Assembly (NCBI RefSeq): GCF_022837055.1
Contig: NC_062561.1
Span: forward strand, 616,715-680,714
Length of the DNA stretch: 64,000 nucleotides
Reading direction: 5' to 3'
Source: Prionailurus viverrinus
Lineage: Eukaryota
In this document: positions 1-12,671 of the stretch, piece by piece
Layout: the number at the start of each line of letters is the position of its first letter
Numbering within the stretch: position 1 is the first letter of the stretch
The notes under the pieces: model-generated
The model's database searches: none
The model's input: only the letters and a program-made list of their open reading frames with translations
Told to the model about the DNA's origin: nothing
Made by a program: the position numbers and the translations under genes

Positions 1-699
1 AGGCCTTGACACTGGGCGAGATCACTAAGTGACTGAGGGTACAAAAAAGAGAAAATGTAGAAAGTAGTGTCCTGGAGACCAAGTGAAAAAAGTGTTTCAA
101 GGAAGAAAGAGACGTGTTAAATGCTGTTAACAGACGAAGGGTGAGAACTGGGAACTGATCTTGGAATTGAGCAACGTAAAGGTCATGATAACTTCAATGA
201 GAGCAGCTGGAAGGGAGAGGGACGCTGCCAAAGCTTAAATGGAGGAAATACATGAAAGAATGAGAAATTAAGGACAGCTAACTCTTCCCAGGAGTTCTGT
301 TATAAAGGGAAGGAAATAAATGGAACGGTGGCTGTACAGGGAAGCATGGTGAAGAATGATTTTTTAAGACAGGAGAAATAAAAGCAGGTCTGTAGGCTAA
401 TGAGGATGGACAGAGGAGAGAATTAGTACAGCCATATCTCTGAAGTGAGGGGTGAGAAAATCTAGTACCAAAGCGAAATGACGTTTCACATTATTTTTCA
501 GACACAATTCTAGATTTTAACTTTATCAACATAATACAAAAGGAAATGAAAAATGGCAATTTGGAGGCATACATGTATTTACTTAGCTTTGTACCTAGTG
601 TCTGAAAAAAAAAAGATACAAGCAGAAAAAGAAATATAGACGCACAAACATTACGATATGCTCATACTCACTCAAGTGGAACAGAAATTAAAACAGTAA

Positions 700-1700
700 T
701 GACATACCAGTTTTCCCATACCAGGTTGGCAAAAACTAAAAAACTGATAAACCCCAGTGTGGAAAAGAAATCTTCCATAAAGTGTCATTTGGGAATGTAA
801 ACTGGTAAAACCTTTTGAAGGGCAATTTGACCCTATCTATCCAAATCGTAAATGCACAGAAACTCTGACTTAGCAATTTCACATCTAGGCATTGTGTGCT
901 ATATTGGCACAAGTTCACGTTTGTAACATATCGAGATTAACTTAAATGTCTATCAAGAGAGGACCGACTAATTATGGCTTTTACATTACGCAACTGAACA
1001 GAACAAGCGAGACCAGGTACTGACTGATATGGCCGTCTCGGAATATCCAAGACACGTTGTTAAGTTGACAAAGGCAAAGTGCAGAGCAGTGTGCAAGAGA
1101 TAAAGACAGGAAAGCAAGGTTACCTGGACCTGTGCTGTCCATTCTGGTAGCCACTATTCGGCACTTGAAAGTACTCAATGTGACTGACGAACTGAAAGAC
1201 AGATGGTGTCACTTTATCAAAACCGGATTTAATGGAATTTTAAATCAAGTGACTGCTGTTTCCCTTGTTGCTTTACTGCACTCAGCGACCTACGCTGAAA
1301 ATACTTGTCCTCCATCTTCTGAAGCACAATCCTGAAACAGCGTCATGAGTCGAGTTGTTAAAACTCCTCAGTGCATTAGGTACAAATGCTGTGAATCACC
1401 AGTGTGTACAACTGTCCAAATAGAAGACAAAACGACTGCTCGCAAACTACTCAATAAGCAAAGACCAAAGTGGCGGTGTGATTTTTACCACTTTTGAGAA
1501 CCACAGCTACTGAAACGTTAAAAAAAGAGAGAGAGAAAGAAAAAAAGGAACTGTTGCTACAGATAACACAGATGAGTAATGTTGAGTCCAACTCTCAACA
1601 AATTCACACCGGTATGTTCCCATTTAATATGAAGTTCAAGAACAGGCAAAACAAATGTATAGGTACAGAAGTCAGACTCATGGTTATCTAGGAAGCTGGG
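700..1700 (+). mobile_element. Diverged LINE-1 3'-end fragment (ancient L1M-type), sense on + strand
   Basis: Resembles mammalian L1 3' region as recalled (e.g. gggaatgtaaactggtaaaacc..., cttagcaatttcacatctaggcatt..., ggtggt... segments); A-rich; no intact ORF; boundaries fuzzy. Confidence 0.35.
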
Positions 1701-2539
1701 GGTTGGCATCATTGACTGAGAAGCGGCTTCCGCCTTTGGGGACGATAGGGAGTCTTATTATCTTTAACTAGTGGGGATTACTCTGGTGTATACATTTGGG
1801 TAGTACATTTAAGATTAGGGAAGATTGCTTAATATCTGCTATTCCTGAATAATTTTTGAAAATCTGTTCTAAGCGAAGTAATTCTAATTATTTTTGAGAT
1901 GACGCCTTTTGAAAAAGGACCAACATTTCATCAAAACCAGCCAGGTAATCTTTGTTAAACTGAAGTGACTTTAGCAGGAAACTTGTGAAATCCGAATTTA
2001 GAGACACAAGCTACAAGGTTATTCTGTAACATTGAAAACTAGAGAAGTTCCCTACTAGACTGACAAGTCCAAGTCCCCTTGTGCTGCAGCATTCAAGGCA
2101 TCTGTGTCTTCCCACACTTAACACCTCTGTTCCTTCATTTCAACTTCATGACTATGATCTTCCAAGTATATTTACTGTCAGCATGAATAAAAATAGTTTC
2201 ACTTCATCTGCTATTTATTGCTGGGAAGGCCTTGCTAAAGGGAACATATATATGTCTACAAAGGGTTAGTATGTGGACTAGGATTTTCTAGACATTAAAA
2301 TCTGTTTGAAACAAATGGACAGCCTTGCAACCTCCAAAGACTGCTATGTAAACGTTAAAGCAGTCTGGGGGGATACATTTTCTGCATTCTGAGGGGAAAA
2401 GTGGATACAAACAGTTAACTCAAAGCCATCCTCAGACCGTATAACTAGTTGGTTAGGGAGGCGATTTAACAGTCTCCCAAATACAAGTCCTCGAACGCCA
2501 CGAATGCACAGCAAAGCTTTGAAAGACAAGGACGACTAG

Positions 2540-3480
2540 GGTGATGACGGGCCTACGTAAGGACAGAAAGCAAACCAACTTTACACTTTCTCGAACCCAC
2601 TGTGTCCCCCGCGCCTCTGAACAGCTGTTTGAAGCAAAGCCCAAACCACAGGCGGTGAGAGTCCCTGAAAAGAAGGCTCCCCACAAAAACAGCGTTAAGC
2701 TGGGACGGCCACAGAAGTGTTGGCCACCGTCGCACGGCCGGCGAGCGTCCCGCTCGCTTGGCGCCCAGCTGAGCCAGCGCTGAGGCCGGAGCAGATCCCT
2801 CCCACGCACCGCCAGCACTCTTAGGCGCAGGGCCACAAACACACTAGCTCCCCCGCTCCTCTGCCCACACATTACCGCTCCGCAGTCCTCTGGCCTCTCA
2901 GTCCACTCAAACCACAGCGAAAATCGCCACCGCATTTATGAATGAGCCGCCACAACCAGCACCTCCGGCCGGAGCCCCGCCCCCAGGCCCGGCTCCGCCC
3001 CTGATCCGAGGGCTCCTGGGAAATGTAGTTTCCACAGGCCCCCTCGGCGCTTGCGCGGGGGCACCGGAGAAACCCACGTAAACTACCACTCCCGGCGGTC
3101 TCTCGGGGACGGACGTTACCTAGGGTCTCACAGGGAGGCGCCTTCCGCCTGGGCCGCGGGGCTAGTGGCTGGAGTAGGCGGGCGGCTGGGCGGGAAGGAA
3201 AAAAAAAAAACCGTTCTTAAAGAGAACTTCCTGGACAGAGCTAGCCCGCCCCCAACCCCAGTCCAGCCTTGGAAACTAGGGAGAGCGCCTTAACGAGAAG
3301 TCGATCGCCGTGTTCAGAGAAAAGCTGGGAACCTAGAGATTCAGAGCTAACAACCTACAGACCAGTGCTTTTCGAGGTGATGGGCGCGGGGGAGGTGCTT
3401 TTTGTTTAACGTCCGTCTATTTTGTTTTCCGATTTGGCTGGGTGTGACAGTGCTCACAGGCACTCACCAGACCAAGGTAA
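2540..3480. promoter_or_regulatory. CpG island A; candidate (possibly bidirectional) promoter and candidate noncoding first exon
   Basis: High GC and CpG density. Two SBS/ZNF143-THAP11-like motifs in opposite orientation: cctgGGAAATGTAGTttcc at about 3012-3032 (revcomp ACTACATTTCCCAGG) and aACTACCACTCCCGGCGG at about 3078-3095. GC boxes (ccgccc x several). Candidate + strand donors gag|GTgatg (exon end 3376) and accaag|GTaaac (exon end 3476). Confidence 0.5.
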
Positions 3481-3734
3481 ACGGGTGAGAATTCACTCCA
3501 AAAATAGTCATCACTCATCATTTCTCGTACAGCTAATACATGGTTTGGCTGTGCGTGGCCATTAGATGTTAAAACTCTTTATTTTAAACACTGAAAGTGC
3601 AAAATTCAGAAAATGTTTTCCTTATTGCCACCACAGAGGGTTGTGTAGGTAGAGAACAATACGGTGCAACTTACCGTAGCCTACACTACCTGGGCTTCAG
3701 GTCTGTTTAATTAAACACCAGTAAGCCAAGTGAA

Positions 3735-3738
<4 letters not shown>

Positions 3739-3772
<34 letters not shown>
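3739..3772 (+). repeat. poly(A) tract (about 34 nt), likely retroposon tail
   Basis: Uninterrupted A run seen directly. Confidence 0.9.
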
Positions 3773-3775
<3 letters not shown>

Positions 3776-4639
3776 AAATAAAGTGCCATTTATAACAACC
3801 AGTGTAATCACTGAAATAAACTACCACTGGTTAAAGATAATTTAAAAAACACTTTCGCAGAAATTTGCCCCCCAAAATTGTTTTGCTTCCACCCTCAAAA
3901 ATAGACTTTCCCTAAAGCAAGGTTTTGGATTTGCTTTTTTTCTTTTTTTCATTATGGACGAAACCAAATCCCAAGACTTCCAAGATCACAAAACTATTTA
4001 AGATGCCTTGTGAGGATCCAAACTCTCATCTTCATTTATAACAGTCCTTTGGCTTGAAAAAGCATGCCCAAAGGTTCGTTATTTCTCTTAAAATGTTGTG
4101 TGTCTTTTAAGATAGTCACAATATACTCTAATTTTGTGCCTGTATTTTATTGCTATATTTTTATTCCAATGTGGTATGTAGTACCATATTGCTTGTTGGT
4201 TGAATAAAAATAAGACTGTTACCACACTAAAGTCTTAATCGGTTGTTAAATTAAGGTTCTAATATCTAAATGTTCCTCTATAGCCCAGGCAATTCTCAAA
4301 ACTGCCCACTAAGCGTGAAGTGTCTTCAGAATCCATCACAAGGTGGGAGGGGTAGAGGGGAGAAACTTCCAACTTCTATTGTGCCACACAGTGAAAGATT
4401 GACCCTCATCAGCTATCTTGTTGCATCTTCAGGATTGATGTGGAGAGAAATTAGACTAAGAGCTCCCATCCAGGGGGTTCAACCACAAATTATGCATTCT
4501 GATACCATCCTTTACGCCATCGTAAGAGGAGGCGGACACTATAATAAAATGATTAAGAGCCCATGCTTTGAAATCAGGCATTCCTGGGATCAGATCCTAC
4601 CTTGAGGACTTACAAAGTGCTTTGTAGTCTTCAGTACTG

Positions 4640-4725
4640 CACCGTTGAGAAACTCAGTCTTCTCATCTGCAAAATGGGGATGATAACAATGCCTACCTCA
4701 CAGAATCATCAAGAAGATTAATTTA
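4640..4725 (+). mobile_element. MIR SINE fragment
   Basis: MIR core-like: tcttctcatctgcaaaatggggatgataacaatgcctacctcacag. Confidence 0.5.
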
Positions 4726-5730
4726 AAACGTTATATAAAAAGAGCATAACATCTTGTCAAATTTAATGAGCAGGAGGTGTTTGCACTTTTTAAGAAACCA
4801 TTTTTTGAGGTATGATGGACATACAAAAAGCTATACATATTTAATGTATATAACTTGATGAGTTTTGGAAGTATTCACCCATAAAACTAGCACCAAAATC
4901 TGTACCATAAACATGTCCATCAAAGTGCTTCCATCCTTGTCATGATTTCAACTTGATGAACTCACTTTGTTTGCCAGGCCCAGCTCTCCAGGTCATGTCA
5001 AACGGTTTTGTAAAATACAAATTGATACCATGTTATTCTCAAGTTATTGGGAATAATATTTTAACACAGCTGATCTGGCTATGAAAGATGTTCAGAGAGT
5101 TGAAAATTCTTCATTGCTGGGCTAGTAATAGTAGTAACTTCTCTGTCAAGAGAGGATAGAATTGCAGGCCTGATCAAGGGGTGATCCCCATGCTGGAATC
5201 ATCCAGGCTAGAAAGGATGACTCTAGCAGGTTAGAGGTAATACTGAAGAGATTCAAGTAGTTTCCAGGCAAAAGCAAGAAAACCCACAGCCCACTTCACC
5301 TATGGGAAAGAGAGGGAATTCCTTACCAGTTCCCAAACTCGGATTTCTGGAATTTTATTGCAGTAAAGAAGTTTCCATCAACCATGTTGGATGCCAAAAG
5401 AACAGCTTTCTAAAAAACCTTGTCATTTTAATAAAGATAAAACTATTGCTGGTGCACTGGATTACAACAAAAGATTATGGAAACCTGTGAGTCTAAGTAA
5501 CAAAGGGATTATCACATCTACTACATTCCAGAATGCCTGAGCCATAATGTTGAATACACAGGAAAGGGGAATAGTAGCCTGAATCATTGCTATAATCACA
5601 GCAGAGCAATACTATGATACTTGTCACACCTATATTTTTATTTTACCCTCTTCTTGAAAATAACAATAATTAAGGTTTTTATTTAATTGTCTGATGGTTT
5701 TCAAAGCATTCTACAGGCTTTTATTGCACA

Positions 5731-5911
5731 TTTTTTTGTATTTGAGAGAGAGAGCATGCGAGCTGGGGAGGGGCAGAGAGGGAGACGGGGGATCCAAGGG
5801 GGGCTCTGTGCTGACAGCAGACAGCCCGATGTGGGGCTCAAATTCATGAACCTTGAGATCACAACCTGAGCCAAAGTCAGATGCTTAACCAACTGAGCCA
5901 CCAGGTACCCC
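5731..5911 (-). mobile_element. Carnivore tRNA-derived SINE (SINEC), minus orientation
   Basis: Reverse complement of SINE consensus: ...gagagagagcatgcgagctggggaggggcagagag...ctgagccaaagtcagatgcttaaccaactgagccaccaggtaccc. Confidence 0.85.
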
Positions 5912-6110
5912 TACACATTTTTAAACTAGCACATTTACTTTCCACAAATATGAAAATTACCAGTGATTTGCATATCCTAAAAATTACATTAACTACAATA
6001 GGCAGGGCTATCCAAAAACTTCCACATGTGTTCCATTGCCCATTCCTTAAAATATTGAGTAGTTCCTATGTGTCAGGCATAGGAACTTCTTCTTTGACTA
6101 TTTAGTAGAA

Positions 6111-6900
6111 TTCACCAGTGAAGCCAGCTGATTCTGGGCTGCTTTTCTTTGTTGGGTGGTTTTTGATTACTCAATATCTATTCAGATTTTCTATTTCTTC
6201 CTGAGCAAGTGGTGGTAGTTAAGAGTGTTCTAGGAGTTTCTCCATTTTATCTAGGTTATCTAATTTGTTGATGTACAATTGTTTGCAGATTCTCTTAGAA
6301 ACCTATTTCTATAAGGTCAATAATGTCCCCATTTACATTTCTGATTTTAGTAATTTAAGCTCCCTCTTTTTTCTTTGTCAGTCTAAAGTTTTGTCAGTTT
6401 TGTTGATCTTTTCAAAAACCAACTTTTTATTTCATTAATTCTATTTTTCTATTCACCATTTCATATACCTCTGTTCTGATCATTATTATTTCCTTCTGCT
6501 GACCTTGGGTTTAATTTGTTCTTTTTTTTTTTTTTTTTCTAGTTCTTTTAGGTGTAATTTAGGTTGTTAGCTTGGGATCTCCCTGCTTTTTTCATATAGG
6601 CATTTATAGCAATAAATTTCTTCTGAACACTTTCACCACATCCCATGAGTTTTAGTATGATGTGTTTTTGTTTTAATTCATCTCAAAGTATTTTCGAATT
6701 ACCCTTGTGATTTCCTCTTTGACCCACAGGTTAAGTGTGTTTTGTTTGATTTCCACATATTTGCTATTTTTCCAGGTTTTTTTTTTTTCTGTTACTAATT
6801 TCTAGCTTCATTCCACTGAAGTCAGAGAAAGTACTTTGTATGATTTCAGTTATTTAAATTTACCAAAAATTGCTTTGTGGCTTTACACATGGTCTATCCT
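6111..6900 (-). mobile_element. LINE-1 ORF2-region fragment, antisense on + strand
   Basis: T-rich antisense L1 signature: ttcaccagtgaagccagctgattctgggctgcttttctttgttgggtggtttttgattact...gttgatcttttcaaaaaccaactttttatttcatt. Confidence 0.6.
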
Positions 6901-6964
6901 AGTTTTGTGTTCTTTTAAAAGAATATGTATTATGCAATTATTGTATGAAGTATTCTATATTTGT

Positions 6965-7187
6965 CTTTTTTTTATTTTTTTATGTTTATTTATTTTTCAC
7001 AGAGAAGGAGAGACAGAGCATGAGCAGGGGAAGGGTAGAGAGAGAGAGGGAGACACAGAATTGGAAGCAGGCTCCAGGCTCTGAGCTGTCAGCACAGAAC
7101 CCAGCGTGGGGCTCGAACCCACGAACCATGAGATCATGACCTGAGCCAAAGTTGGACGCTCAACCGACTGAGCCACCCAGGCGCCCC
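6965..7187 (-). mobile_element. Carnivore SINE (SINEC), minus
   Basis: ...agagcatgagcaggggaagggtagagagagagagggagacacagaattggaagcaggctccaggctctgagctgtcagcacag...gactgagccacccaggcgcccc. Confidence 0.9.
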
Positions 7188-7459
7188 TGTATATTTGTCC
7201 TTTAGGTCTTATTGGTTTATAGTGTCTATTTCTTCATTAATCTTCTTTCTAGTTATATCAAATACTGAAATTGGGTATTGAAGTCTTCAACTATTATTTT
7301 AGAATTATCTTATTTCCCCCCTTCAATTCATCAGTGTTTGCTTCAGATATTTTGGGGCTCTGTTGTTAGAAATGTATATATTTATAAATGTTCTATTTTT
7401 TAATGTATTGACTCATTTATTAATATATAATGTCCTTTGTTTCTTATAACAATTTTTTA

Positions 7460-7636
7460 ATGTTTATTTATATTTGAGAAAGGGAGGGGCAGAGAGAGGG
7501 AGACTCAGAATCTGAAGCAGGCTCCAGGCTCTGAGCTGTCAACACAGAGCCCGATGCAGGGCTCAAACTCACAAGCCATGAGATCATGACCCAAGCCAAA
7601 GTCAGACACTTAACCGACTGAGACACCCAGCTTCCC
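7460..7636 (-). mobile_element. Carnivore SINE (SINEC), minus
   Basis: gggaggggcagagagagggagactcagaatctgaagcaggctccaggctctgagctgtcaacacagagcccgatgcagggctcaaactcac...gactgagacacccagcttccc. Confidence 0.85.
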
Positions 7637-7763
7637 TCTTGTAACCAGTTTTGACTTATATTTATTTTTTTCCCCAGAAATTCTAAAAGGTTTATTTTGT
7701 GTCTGATGCTGGATGGTGGAGCTCAGTGGTCAAGAAAGAATTCTTAAGATGTTTTATGGTGCA

Positions 7764-7995
7764 GGGGTGCCTGGGTGACTCAGTTCGTTGAGCATCTGAC
7801 TCTTGATTTCAGCTCAGGTCACGATCCCAGGGTCATGGGATCAGGCCCTGCGTCCAGCTCCATCCTTAGCATGGAGCCTGCATAAGATTCTCTCTCTTCT
7901 TTTGCCCCTGTCCCCCAATAGTGTGCTTTCTCTCTCTCTCTCAAATAATAGTAGTAGTAGTAATAATAATAATAATAATAATAATAAAGATGTTT
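7764..7995 (+). mobile_element. Carnivore SINE (SINEC_c-like) with (AAT/AGT)n tail
   Basis: ggggtgcctgggtgactcagttcgttgagcatctgactcttgatttcagctcaggtcacgatcccagggtcatgggatcaggccctg...agcatggagcctgcataagattctctc; tail aataatagtagtagtagtaataataataataat. Confidence 0.8.
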
Positions 7996-8170
7996 TACAG
8001 TGCAAAAAGGTGTTTTTATTATAGCATGGGGACAGAAACTGTGGGCAGAAAGATCTCCATTGTGATTCTGAGGAGTGACTGATTATATGCGTTTTCTATC
8101 CTATGGAGGGGAAGGTGACATTAGGGCTCCAGGAAATATAGGTTCCTGGAGATCTGACTGTTTTTCTTGG

Positions 8171-8295
8171 GGCACCAGGGTGGCTCAGTCAGTTAAGTGT
8201 CTGACTCTTGATCTCAGTTCAGATTTTGATCTAAGGGTTTTGAGTTAATGCCCTGCATTGGGCTCCACGCAGGGCATGAAACCTATTTTAAAAAG
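8171..8295 (+). mobile_element. Carnivore SINE, 3'-truncated
   Basis: gggcaccagggtggctcagtcagttaagtgtctgactcttgatctcagttcag... Confidence 0.7.
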
Positions 8296-8303
8296 AAAAA
8301 AAA

Positions 8304-8505
8304 GGGGCTCCTGGGTGGCTCAGTCAGTTAAGTGTCCGACTATGGCTCAGGTCTTGATCTCCCAGTTCATGAGTTCAAGCTCCATGTAGGGCTGTGTGCT
8401 GACAGCTTATAGCCTGGAGCCTGCTTTGGGTTCTGTCTCTCTCTCTGCCCCTTCCCCACGCCCACTCTCTCTCTCTCAAAAATAAACACTGAAAAAAATT
8501 AAAGG
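8304..8505 (+). mobile_element. Carnivore SINE, plus
   Basis: ggggctcctgggtggctcagtcagttaagtgtccgactatggctcaggtcttgatctcccagttcatgagttcaagctcc...ctctctctcaaaaataaacactg. Confidence 0.85.
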
Positions 8506-9447
8506 AAAAAGACTTTTTCTTGTAAATCATTAAGATTTACAAACTATAGTGGAGTTTCACATTCTGCATGACTGCAATCTTGACCAATTGACCATTTGTT
8601 TCTCCCCTTCCTTTGTTCTTAAGCAGTCACCAGTGCTTGAGGAATTGTTACAGATATCCGCCTTAAGGAGGAGGGGGTTGTGGGGAGTCAGTTTGCATTT
8701 TGCTCTCAGCTTGCCTTTTGCTCTCATCAGCATTAGGCAGCCTAAAGATCAGCCAGAAATAGAAACTTATGGTGTTCTTAAGTCTTTTCTGAGCATGAGT
8801 CCTGGGCATGTGTGAGCTTTCTAGATGCACCTGTGTACACAGCTTTTCAAAGCCCTTATTCCTCTAGGAAATCTCATTCCTGGCTGTTCCTCTCATGCTT
8901 TTCCTCCCAGGCCTTCAGCCTGTCTGTACTTTGTACTAACTGTTTGTTGGGATTTGTTGTCCCATGCAGCAAGTTTGCTCACTTGCCTTTCAGTGTTTTG
9001 GAGGTGAGTGCCCGAAGTAGCTATTTATCTGCCCTGAGAAAGTCTGAGTTAGGGGAAACAAAGGCAAGCCCATTGTATCAGTCCTTCACGGAACCCCCAG
9101 ACAGGTCAAAACAGACAAACATAATTCCTTAGGACAAAGTCTGCTCTGCTCTGCTCCCTCCAGACCAGATTATCTACACTGGGAATGAGGGCTGGCAAAG
9201 GGAGCGGAACGGGTTAAAACATGTAAGAACCTCCTACCTTGTTTCCTCCGCCTTTCTCCTGGTTACACATCTGCTTGTTTGCTGTCAACTTTTGACTATT
9301 GTCTGGGTTAAGATAAGGTGGTTTCTGAGTTTTCGTCTGGTTTTTTAAAATGTTCTTGGGGAGGGATGGACCCTGGGACTCCCTACTATACCAGTTTTGC
9401 TTAATGTCACCTAAGCTGATTCATATACCACTCTGTAAGGTAATGAT

Positions 9448-9613
9448 GGGGCGCCTGGGTGGTTCAGTCAGTTAAGCATCTGACTGTTGGTTTTGGCTCA
9501 GATCACCATCTCAGTTTGTGAGATCCAGCCTCTTGTTGGGCTCTGTGCTGACAGCATGGAGCCTGCTTGGGATTCTCTCTCTGCCCCTCCCCTGTGCACA
9601 CAAGTATGGATGT

Positions 9614-9652
<39 letters not shown>

Positions 9653-9657
9653 ATAAG
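9448..9657 (+). mobile_element. Carnivore SINE with (CT)n tail, plus
   Basis: ggggcgcctgggtggttcagtcagttaagcatctgactg...gggctctgtgctgacagcatggagcctgcttgggattctctctctgcccctcccc...(ct)n...caaaataagg. Confidence 0.85.
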
Positions 9658-10149
9658 GAAACGTTACAAAAGACAAAGGAAATGGAGGTCCCAGTAAAGT
9701 ACCTTGTTGGCAATCCCGAGTAATAAATAGTAGAGTCTGGATTCAAACCCACACCCTCTCTACATCTTTTCTATTCTCATTTAATTCAGTAGCTGGTGAA
9801 TTTTATTGTTTTCCTATTATTTTACCCCCCACTCGATGAATCTCAGCCCCCACTTCTCCGGAATGGCAGGTATATATTTATACCTACGTGAGAACACTAC
9901 CACAAGCTTCAAACTCAGGAAGTCCTAAACTAAGTTTCATTATCTTACCCTTTTGCTCCTCCAATCTCACACCCTCCCGAAATTTGCTTCTCTTCTGTTC
10001 CCAGTAATTACTCTCACTTCTCAGTTAAATGGCAGCACCAACCACCCACTTTCACCAAACTGCAACTTTGGAGTTACCCTCACTGCCAAATCCTGACCAA
10101 AAAATGAAACTGAAAAAATGCGGAACCCTCAATCCGATCCAGGAAGAGA

Positions 10150-10760
10150 AACCCTACCCGAGCCCAACGCCTCACTCCTGGGCGACCGCCCGCAGTCTTC
10201 AGGCTAGGAGCCCTAGGTCCTCGGGGGCGCGGCCTTGGGAGGCAGCCAAGGGCGGGCTTCCGGCAGCGTTCTCACTGGCTGGGCTCGGCTGTCGCACCCC
10301 GGTTCAGCGCCGGAGCCTGGAGCCGGGAATCCGGAATCCGGAAACAATCCCGGCAGGAGCGCTGGTAGCCGAGAACGGCGGCTGCGGGGACATCGGGAGC
10401 CGGGAGCACCGGGAGCCGGGGGCGTGCAGAGTGGGCGGGATTCCCTGGCAGGTGCGTTGGCGCCCCTGGGTGGCCGACCCGGCCCGGCGTTGGCCCGCCG
10501 CCCTCCGGGTGGTCCTGTAGTCTAGGCCTGAAGGTGGTCGTGTCGACGCCGCGGCTGACCGTGGTTTCGCAGTTGTCCTCCCAGCCCTGGCTACTGCAGC
10601 GCGCGCCCCCCGGGGGCGGGGGGGAGGGGTTGGAGTGTTCTCGTGCGAGTCGCCGGGCCAGGTGACAGGACACAGGTGGGGCCGCCACGAGGAGCTGGCC
10701 CTCAGAGCGGGGGTCTCTGGACGCGTCCCGGCTCGGCTGGGGTGGGGGGGGGGAATGAAC
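10150..10760 (+). promoter_or_regulatory. PARP4: CpG island B; candidate PARP4 promoter and noncoding exon 1 (donor at about 10451)
   Basis: CpG-dense. ETS/GABP-like ccggaa motifs (gggcttccggcagcg; ccgggaatccggaatccggaaac). Strong + strand donor ccctggcag|GTgcgt with exon end at 10451; alternative donors at 10661 and 10675. Lies about 5.9 kb upstream of the ATG exon, same strand. The assignment of PARP4 exon 1 between island A and island B is unresolved. Confidence 0.45.
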
Positions 10761-12159
10761 AGATCGCAGTAGAACTTAACGTTTCTTGTTCCCAGTATGC
10801 AGACAGCCTTTCTTCTTCAAGTTAGGTATCAAAGGAAACTTTTCATAAAAATACAGTATTTTGGTGAATAAGCAGGGAATGTAATCCGACTTCATAATTA
10901 GGAACACCGTGATAGAAGTATTTAATGTTTATGTTGAAGATCAAAGTTGAAAACTTGGAAATCCGTTCAATACTTCCTGCAGGGAATGCCCAATGACTCA
11001 TCCAGAGGACTGAGTAGGTAGACGTCAGCTTCTAGAATAACAAGGCTTTGCTGAGTGTTCAACCTTTCGATTCTGAATTGCAAAATAACAATAAACATAA
11101 AAATATTTAAAGTGCAGTATTGTGAAAAAGGAGGATTCACTCTCAATATGTGTGTGTTGTGGATTTTTAAGGTACATTTGACTTGATCGTTTATGCAGTA
11201 AACATTTATTACGTCTGTCTGTGTGCTTAGAGATATAATATTCCATGGGAATAGAAGCAGTACCAAAGTAGGTGGTCTTTGCTTTTTAGGGGTTTATTAG
11301 TCCCACTAGGGGAGTGTGGTATTGATGCAGTGTGGGTCCAAATATGCAAATAATTAGAAATAGAAGGCTTTTCTATAATCCTAGGCTTTAATTGATGCAT
11401 GAAAGACTTTTTAGTAAGCAGACATTTATTGAATGCCTACTGTGTACCAAAAGTGAGCTAGATTCTAGGGATATAAAGATAAACAAGGCACAGCCCCTCA
11501 AATAGCATTGATCCTCGTAGAGAAATTGGTAAGAGTGGAGAACAGCCAATGATTATCCACAGATGTGTGATGAAAGCTGCCAGGCTGTATGTAGGGTTGT
11601 TGAGAGGGCCAGAGCAGGGCAGCAAATCAGAGGGAGAAGGGTTCCAGAAAGAGCTACTGTCTAGGGAGATACTGAGGCTTTCAAAGAGGAAGAAATGCCA
11701 TTTGTAAAGACACGAAAATGCAAGGCAGTAAGCCTCTTGCTTCCAACTGCACCACTGGTTTTGGGTAGAGTAGCTGGAATTTGGGAGGAGTTGCTCAGGA
11801 AATTTCTCAGTTGCTGGGGATGTATGCTCTAGTCCTGTGTCCCTAACACAGGGCCTGATGGATGGAAGACACTCAGAGATCTCATATGTATGTAGTAGGC
11901 CCGGGTAAAAATATGCAGAGATGCTGACTGTTGTTTAGGAAAAGCTTGGAAAGCAGGGAGAGACTGGTGGCACATGTCTCTTGGGAGAGCTGCTAGCCAG
12001 GAGAGGCCACACATTGCAGAGAGACACCACATACAATCTGTAGGAAGACAGAAGTCAAGGCCTGATTTGAGATTGCATAGAACTTAGAGTCTGTTTCTCT
12101 ACCTCCTGTGTGGCCCCAGCTGCTAAGAATGGGCCAGAGTTTGATAAAATGTTTGTTTA

Positions 12160-12385
12160 GGGGTGCCTGGGTGGCTCAGTCAGTAGAGCGTCCAACTTTG
12201 GCTCAGGTCATGATCTCACAGTGTGTGAGTTCCCTTCGGGCTCTGTGCTGGCAGCTCAGAGCCTGGAGCCTGCTTCGAATTCTGTGTCTCCCTCTCTTTC
12301 TGCTCCTCCCCCACTCATGCTCTGTCTCTGTCTCTCTCTCTCTCTCTCTCAAAAATACATAAACATTAAAAAAATTTTTTTATGT
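12160..12385 (+). mobile_element. Carnivore SINE, plus
   Basis: ggggtgcctgggtggctcagtcagtagagcgtccaactttggctcaggtcatgatctcacag...cagagcctggagcctgcttcgaattctgtgtctccctctc...caaaaatacataaacattaaaaaaa. Confidence 0.9.
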
Positions 12386-12671
12386 TTGTTTATACTTTGA
12401 TTTCACAAAATTGTTAATGTACTTAATGCCACTGAGCTGTATGCTTAAGAATGGTTAAAATGGTAAATTTTATGTTAGGTCCATTTTATACTAAAATAAA
12501 GGCTAAAAAATATCTATGTAATAAGTTTAAAACATGTTCTTCAAAGTGTATTTTCTAATGAATAATTTTCACTAACCAAATATCTGATGACTTGGGGAAA
12601 AGTTAAATTACACATAGCCACTACAAATATTTTCAAAGAATATTTAGTGATATGGGCAAATTCTCATTACA

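Noticed and set aside
2453-3293. ORFs (160 aa minus, 80 aa plus and others) over the upstream CpG island
   Set aside because: Same reasoning: GC-rich promoter-like sequence with ZNF143-type motifs, not coding
10029-10688. ORFs of 163 aa and 96 aa (+) and 138 aa (-) over the 10.1-10.7 kb CpG island
   Set aside because: GC-rich CpG islands are stop-codon-poor. The ORFs overlap on both strands, have no homology features I recognise and no codon periodicity. Interpreted as promoter or 5'UTR sequence
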